DNA from: a bacterium
Lineage (GTDB): Bacteria; CLD3; SB21
Length of the DNA stretch: 32,158 nt
NCBI GenBank assembly: GCA_013360215.1
Contig: JABWCP010000007.1
Span: 124,001 to 156,158 of the forward strand
Direction: 5' to 3'
How positions within the stretch are numbered: position 1 is the stretch's first letter; every line of letters starts with the position of its first letter. The notes beneath the pieces were generated by a model, which was not told where the DNA came from, did no database searches, and saw only the letters and a program-made list of their open reading frames with translations. Position numbers and translations under genes: made by a program. This document shows, one piece after another, positions 27,738 through 32,158 of the stretch.

Positions 27738-28961
27738 ATGAAACGAATTCTGTTCACGTTTGGCGCGCTGATCGTCCTCGGTGGATCGGCATTTGCAGGA
27801 ATCCATAGCGTTCCTGCATCCGCAGAGGATATTCAAGCTACGTATCCCAATCTGGTTATGCCGGAGGATATGATTAGCGGTGAAGTTAATTGTATGCTTG
27901 TAGCGGGCGATGTATTGTACGTCGGCGGACGATTTGAAAAGATGGATCGCCGCGTAGTCAATAACGTCGTCAAATGGGATGGCACCAAATGGTCCGGTCT
28001 TAATAAAGGCGTGGACGGTGTAGTATATTCGATGGCCATGATCGGTACCGATTTGTATGTAGCCGGTGATTTTAGTTATGTCGATGTCAATATCGAAGCC
28101 GGAAAAATTGCCCGATGGGATGGTACTAAATGGAATGCGCTGTCACCTCAGACCGTAGATCGCCAGATTTATGCCTTGGCCGTGTTGGGCAATGATCTCA
28201 TCATCGGTGGAAATTTCCAAAAAGTCGGCGGTACGATCGAAACCAAAGGTGTTGCCAAATGGAACGGCAAAGCTTGGAGCGATGTGGGTATGGCCAAATT
28301 TGACAGAACGGTTTTGACTCTGACAGTGATGAATAATGAAATCTATGCCGGCGGTTTTTTTACGCTTGTAGGTGACGAGCCGGCTACTTCCGTGGCTAAA
28401 TGGGATGGTAAAGCATGGACGGAAGTCGGCAATAAAGGTATCAACGGCACGGTGACATTCATGACCAATGACGGGAAAAATGTGTATGCCGGTGGAAAAT
28501 TTATCAATGCCGGCGACGGTACGGTGCTTAACCGCGTAGCTATGTTTGACGGGCAAAAATGGCAACCTCTCGGCGAAGGTGTGGATGGTGATGTAAAATC
28601 AATTCATATCTCCGGAACGGATGTGTATGTGTCGGGCACTTATGGAGAAGCCAAAGGCGGTACCGCCGCTGCTCCGGCAAAAGAAGAAACCGCTAAAGGC
28701 AAAGATAAGAAAAAAGGCAGCAAAGAAGATAAAGGTAAAGCCAAAGCCAAAGGCCCGGTACAAACTCAGGGCATCGCTAAATGGGACGGCAATGGTTGGA
28801 CCGGATATCCCGTGATCGGCAAATATGCTGTTGGTACATTTGCTTCCGCTATGTTTAAAGGAACATTGTATGTCGGCGGAAACTTTATGGCCAATGAAGG
28901 CGCCGTCAGCACGGGTACCGCCAAACTTGAAAATGGCGCTTGGGGGCCGGTTTCTAAATAG
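27738..28961 (+). CDS. Secreted beta-propeller repeat protein (W[DN]GxxW repeats)
   Basis: Signal peptide and seven repeats of the pattern LYVGGxF...[VI]A[KR]WDGxxW; Lys-rich insertion in repeat 6. Confidence 0.85.
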   Translation: MKRILFTFGALIVLGGSAFAGIHSVPASAEDIQATYPNLVMPEDMISGEVNCMLVAGDVLYVGGRFEKMDRRVVNNVVKWDGTKWSGLNKGVDGVVYSMAMIGTDLYVAGDFSYVDVNIEAGKIARWDGTKWNALSPQTVDRQIYALAVLGNDLIIGGNFQKVGGTIETKGVAKWNGKAWSDVGMAKFDRTVLTLTVMNNEIYAGGFFTLVGDEPATSVAKWDGKAWTEVGNKGINGTVTFMTNDGKNVYAGGKFINAGDGTVLNRVAMFDGQKWQPLGEGVDGDVKSIHISGTDVYVSGTYGEAKGGTAAAPAKEETAKGKDKKKGSKEDKGKAKAKGPVQTQGIAKWDGNGWTGYPVIGKYAVGTFASAMFKGTLYVGGNFMANEGAVSTGTAKLENGAWGPVSK

Positions 28962-28994
28962 TTGAGACTGATTGAGTACATCGTATGAATAACT

Positions 28995-29024
28995 TGAAGG
29001 AGCTATGTTGCTATAGCTCCTTCA
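28995..29024 (+). terminator. Stem-loop / probable terminator
   Basis: Perfect 12-bp stem TGAAGGAGCTAT/ATAGCTCCTTCA followed by TATTT. Confidence 0.65.
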
Positions 29025-29059
29025 TATTTAATAAAACATGAGGACGGAGATTTAAATAC

Positions 29060-29854
29060 ATGAAATGGATATATTTTTTTCTGATTTCTACTATGGCGCT
29101 TATGATAGGGTGCGACACTAAAAAGTCTAACGATCTGACGATACCGGATGTGACCAATGTTTTGATCATGTCGCCTGTGGTTGATTTTACAGAAGTGGCC
29201 AATACCTTTCCGACTTACACGAAAGGCATTCAATACACGACGTGGAATTGTAATGATTCCGTGCCTTCACCGGCTTATATGAAAACATTTGACGCCGTGC
29301 TGTTATTCAGTAATTATGGCAGCAGCCGCTCCGTTGCTGTCGGCGATAGTTTGTATGCATATGTGATGGATGGCGGTGCCTTAACCTTGGGTGTGTTTTA
29401 TAATTACCATCGTAGCGATACGACGATTACGCAGTACTGGGGCGAGCTGGAGACCATCGATCCTTTTATCGGTAATGGAAACTATTATGGTTACGATACG
29501 TTGTCTTTGGAGGGCAATCACGATTTATTAAATGGTCTTGATACACTAGTGACGTATTATCATGCAAATAATCTTCGTATTCGCAGCGGTGCGAAAGTGG
29601 TAGCTTCCTATGGCTCGGGCAATCCGGCTATTGCGTTTAATAAACCTAACGGGAGAATCGTTGCAGTGAATGCCTTTCCGGCTGAATTTAAATACAATGC
29701 TGTAACGCGGACGGAATTTTACCGTATATGGGAAAATGCGTTATTATATGCCGCATGGGGAACTACGGATGATCGTCCAAATGATCATATGCCGATAGAG
29801 ACTACAAAAACGAACTTGATGGAACGTCAAACCGAAAGTAGTGCAGTACGATAA
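29060..29854 (+). CDS. Putative lipoprotein, paralog of the next gene
   Basis: LMIGC lipobox-like signal, GGAG SD; shares YVMDGG, WGxLETIDP, GLDT, NKPNGRIVAV and FYRxWENALLYAAWG with 30035-30910. Confidence 0.85.
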   Translation: MKWIYFFLISTMALMIGCDTKKSNDLTIPDVTNVLIMSPVVDFTEVANTFPTYTKGIQYTTWNCNDSVPSPAYMKTFDAVLLFSNYGSSRSVAVGDSLYAYVMDGGALTLGVFYNYHRSDTTITQYWGELETIDPFIGNGNYYGYDTLSLEGNHDLLNGLDTLVTYYHANNLRIRSGAKVVASYGSGNPAIAFNKPNGRIVAVNAFPAEFKYNAVTRTEFYRIWENALLYAAWGTTDDRPNDHMPIETTKTNLMERQTESSAVR

Positions 29855-30034
29855 AGCGTATCCGATCAATCTAGTCAAGACGAACTTATGTTGAGGTCAT
29901 AACGTGTGTCTACGTGTTTTTACGTATCCTGCGTTTTGAGAGAATACGCTCTTGCTTTCATGCCGTTTAAAGTACATTTTGATATTGGTTCGCATTATAT
30001 CAACTGTATTACATGTATTACAAAAGGAGTGGCC

Positions 30035-30910
30035 ATGATAAATTTATTTGCTCACACGGGGCGAGCGACGTTCGTATCATGTTTGATCGCTTTTTTTAGT
30101 ATCTATGTTTTTACCGGTTGCGATCCGAAGGCATCCGACTCTGATATCGGTGATCAGACGATGGTACTGGTTATGTCCAACGACGGTACTGAAAATGATT
30201 CCATTGCTGCGGTGTATCCTCGTTATATGAGCGGCATAACATTCACTACATGGACCATACCGGACTCTGTGCCGACGCTTTCACAATTAAAAGAATACGA
30301 TGTTGTACTTTTATATGAAGATGGTACGTTCGGAACATATTCCGATTCGATCGGCGGTGTGTTGCACGATTATGTGATGGATGGTGGCAATCTGGTAATA
30401 GGTACTTTTTATTGGCAGGAAAGTTCCGATGGAGGGTATGAAGAAGTCGGATGGGGTAAACTCGAAACGATTGACCCTATCATAGCCAATGATGGCAATG
30501 CTTATTATTATGACTCGACGGGTACCTGGATTAATCATCCTCTTACGCGCGGATTGGATACGATATATTGCCATTACGGTGGCGGTTATGATTCTGTTCG
30601 ACATACAGCCAATGATTCGGCACATACTAATGCAACGGCTGTGGCTTGGTGGAAAAATGGCGATGTGCTGATGGCTTATAATAAACCCAATGGTCGTATA
30701 GTAGCTGTGACTTTATGGCCTTTTGAAGCCATTGATCGTGCCGGCAAATATGACGGATTTTACCGCGCATGGGAAAATGCATTGCTCTATGCGGCGTGGG
30801 GCGATACTCGCAACGAAAAATCAGTGAAGGTATTTTCTAAGGCCTCCAACACACAAAATCAAACACCGCGAATGAAACGAAGTGCATATAGTAAAGGTGG
30901 TAGTCATTAA
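30035..30910 (+). CDS. Putative lipoprotein, paralog of the previous gene
   Basis: Start placed at ATG 30035 (AAGGAG SD); VFTGC lipobox-like signal; motifs shared with 29060-29854. Confidence 0.85.
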   Translation: MINLFAHTGRATFVSCLIAFFSIYVFTGCDPKASDSDIGDQTMVLVMSNDGTENDSIAAVYPRYMSGITFTTWTIPDSVPTLSQLKEYDVVLLYEDGTFGTYSDSIGGVLHDYVMDGGNLVIGTFYWQESSDGGYEEVGWGKLETIDPIIANDGNAYYYDSTGTWINHPLTRGLDTIYCHYGGGYDSVRHTANDSAHTNATAVAWWKNGDVLMAYNKPNGRIVAVTLWPFEAIDRAGKYDGFYRAWENALLYAAWGDTRNEKSVKVFSKASNTQNQTPRMKRSAYSKGGSH

Positions 30911-30926
30911 AATTTTACCCTCGTAT

Positions 30927-30965
30927 AATAAAAAAACCGCAGATCATCACTGCGGTTTTTTTATT
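30927..30965. terminator. Bidirectional intrinsic terminator
   Basis: AATAAAAAAACCGCAG-loop-CTGCGGTTTTTTTATT. Confidence 0.88.
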
Positions 30966-31013
30966 TTATATACATTGTCTCGTCCTTCAATACGTCCACA
31001 GGAGGAGTAACAG

Positions 31014-31442
31014 ATGCAAGAAGGACAAGGGTCTAGGTTGTATGTGAAGCGGACGCAACGGGATTACAGTTTAGGGACGCAACGGGATTACAGTTTAGCG
31101 TTCAAATTACAGGTTGTTGATGCCATAGAAAAAGGCGATCTTACACGAAAGGAGGCTTTGGCGAGGTACGGAATTCAAGCCAAATCAACACTGTATGTAT
31201 GGCTTTGTAAACACGGACGATTAGATTGGAGTTCAACTATGCAGAAGAAAGCACCCCCCGGTAAACGGATTCGGGAATTGGAGAAAGCCTTGGAACGCGC
31301 CCGTGAGGATAAGGAGATTTTGCAGCGTGCCATAGATATAGCTGAAGCGCAGCTAGGCATCGACATACGAAAAAAGTACTTAGCCCAACTGTCCGAAGCT
31401 ATAGCGAGCAAGCGAGCCGGCGATACGGCGTTGGGCGAATAG
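31014..31442 (+). CDS. IS3-family transposase OrfA
   Basis: DYSLAFKLQVVDAIEKG..YGIQAKSTLYVWL HTH and coiled-coil; ends IRKK over A_AAA_AAG at 31370-31376; AGGAGG SD. Confidence 0.88.
   Translation: MQEGQGSRLYVKRTQRDYSLGTQRDYSLAFKLQVVDAIEKGDLTRKEALARYGIQAKSTLYVWLCKHGRLDWSSTMQKKAPPGKRIRELEKALERAREDKEILQRAIDIAEAQLGIDIRKKYLAQLSEAIASKRAGDTALGE
31051..31098 (+). repeat. 24-bp perfect tandem duplication in orfA
   Basis: GGACGCAACGGGATTACAGTTTAG twice, giving TQRDYSLG-TQRDYSLA in frame. Confidence 0.95.
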
Positions 31443-31450
31443 CCGGTCTT

Positions 31451-32116
31451 TTGGGTTACAGCCGTTCGGCATACTATAAACAAGCCAAGCGGCGGTATGT
31501 ACAAACTACGGATTCACGTCATTGGATGCGAAAATATCCTAATTTAATCAGCGAACTCCCGCTACCAACCCGTAGTGAGCAGATATGGGTGAGTGATATT
31601 ACTTATGTGGCTAGTGACGAAGGGTTTGGATACTTGAGTCTGATAACGGACGCTTATTCTAAGAGGATTATGGGCTATGCGTTCCGCTCTGATTTAACCA
31701 AAGAAGGCCCGCTCTGGGCATTGCGCATGGCGTTAAAAGGGCGTCGGTACACGGATCAAGCGCTTATTCATCACTCCGATAGAGGGTATCAGTACTGCAG
31801 CAAGGATTATGTTACGCTATTGAAAATCAACAGAATAAATATCAGTATGACGGAGAGGGGCAGTCCATATGAGAATGCCATCGCTGAACGAATCAATGGC
31901 ATCCTCAAACAGGAGTTCTTGTTACAAGAATCCTTTGTCGATAGAAACACGGCAAAACAAGTGATTGATCAAAGCGTTATGATCTACAATTCCAAACGCC
32001 CTCATTTATCGTTGGATATGCAAACGCCCGATCAAGCGCATAAGGCCAATCAGCATCGCAGAATTTTATGGACAAAAAATCGGTGTAGGCATGCCTACAC
32101 CGATTTAACGGAATAA
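31451..32116 (+). pseudogene. IS3-family transposase OrfB (DDE integrase core) with probable internal in-frame deletion
   Basis: WVSDITYV, HHSDRGYQY and ENAIAERINGILKQE DDE motifs are intact. SRSAYY runs almost directly into TTDSRHW..YPNL, lacking the usual intervening HTH-like segment. The frame is open back to the slippery site. Confidence 0.7.
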
Positions 32117-32158
32117 ATCACTAACTAAAAAACTGTGTACTTTTTCTAGGACGACACA

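Larger units (their letters stand above)
30976..32158 (+). mobile_element. IS3-family insertion sequence (1183 bp), probably defective
   Basis: TG...CA ends; imperfect terminal IRs TGTCTCGTCCT..CACAG versus the reverse complement of the right end TGTGTCGTCCT..CACAG; orfA/orfB with a -1 frameshift motif. Confidence 0.92.

Noticed and set aside
30971-30975. Target-site duplication of the IS3 element
   Set aside because: The right flank lies outside the window, so it cannot be determined.

Overview
Bacterial genomic DNA, probably FCB superphylum (inferred from two secreted proteins ending in a QNYPNPFNP / FlgD-Ig-type sorting domain). The left 17.2 kb is one minus-strand redox locus: korA-korB (2-oxoacid:ferredoxin oxidoreductase), a 3.6-kb AT-rich insertion, an 843-aa PFOR-derived ferredoxin protein, rnfB, a 1260-aa PFOR-derived 2x[4Fe-4S] protein, rnfC, rnfD, rnfG and rnfE (runs off the window). 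Both PFOR-derived proteins appear to have lost their catalytic TPP motifs but keep Fe-S motifs, and the larger overlaps both rnfB and rnfC. This is the best candidate for an undescribed system, an Rnf complex with pseudoenzyme scaffold/wire subunits fed by KorAB. The insertion (secreted HEXXH metalloprotease-like protein plus two lipoprotein-like ORFs) is bounded by a 19-bp direct repeat of the korB 3' end and has no integrase. The right half holds a Ca2+/H+ antiporter, an FAH-family hydrolase, thiC (no TPP riboswitch visible), a LytS/LytTR pair with 21-bp-phased boxes before an FG-GAP/ASPIC-UnbV secreted protein and a TPR lipoprotein, a structured leader with a small ORF before a beta-propeller gene, two paralogous lipoproteins, and an apparently damaged IS3-family element ending exactly at the window end. 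No rRNA, tRNA or CRISPR array was seen. All calls come from reading motifs by eye; no searches were run.
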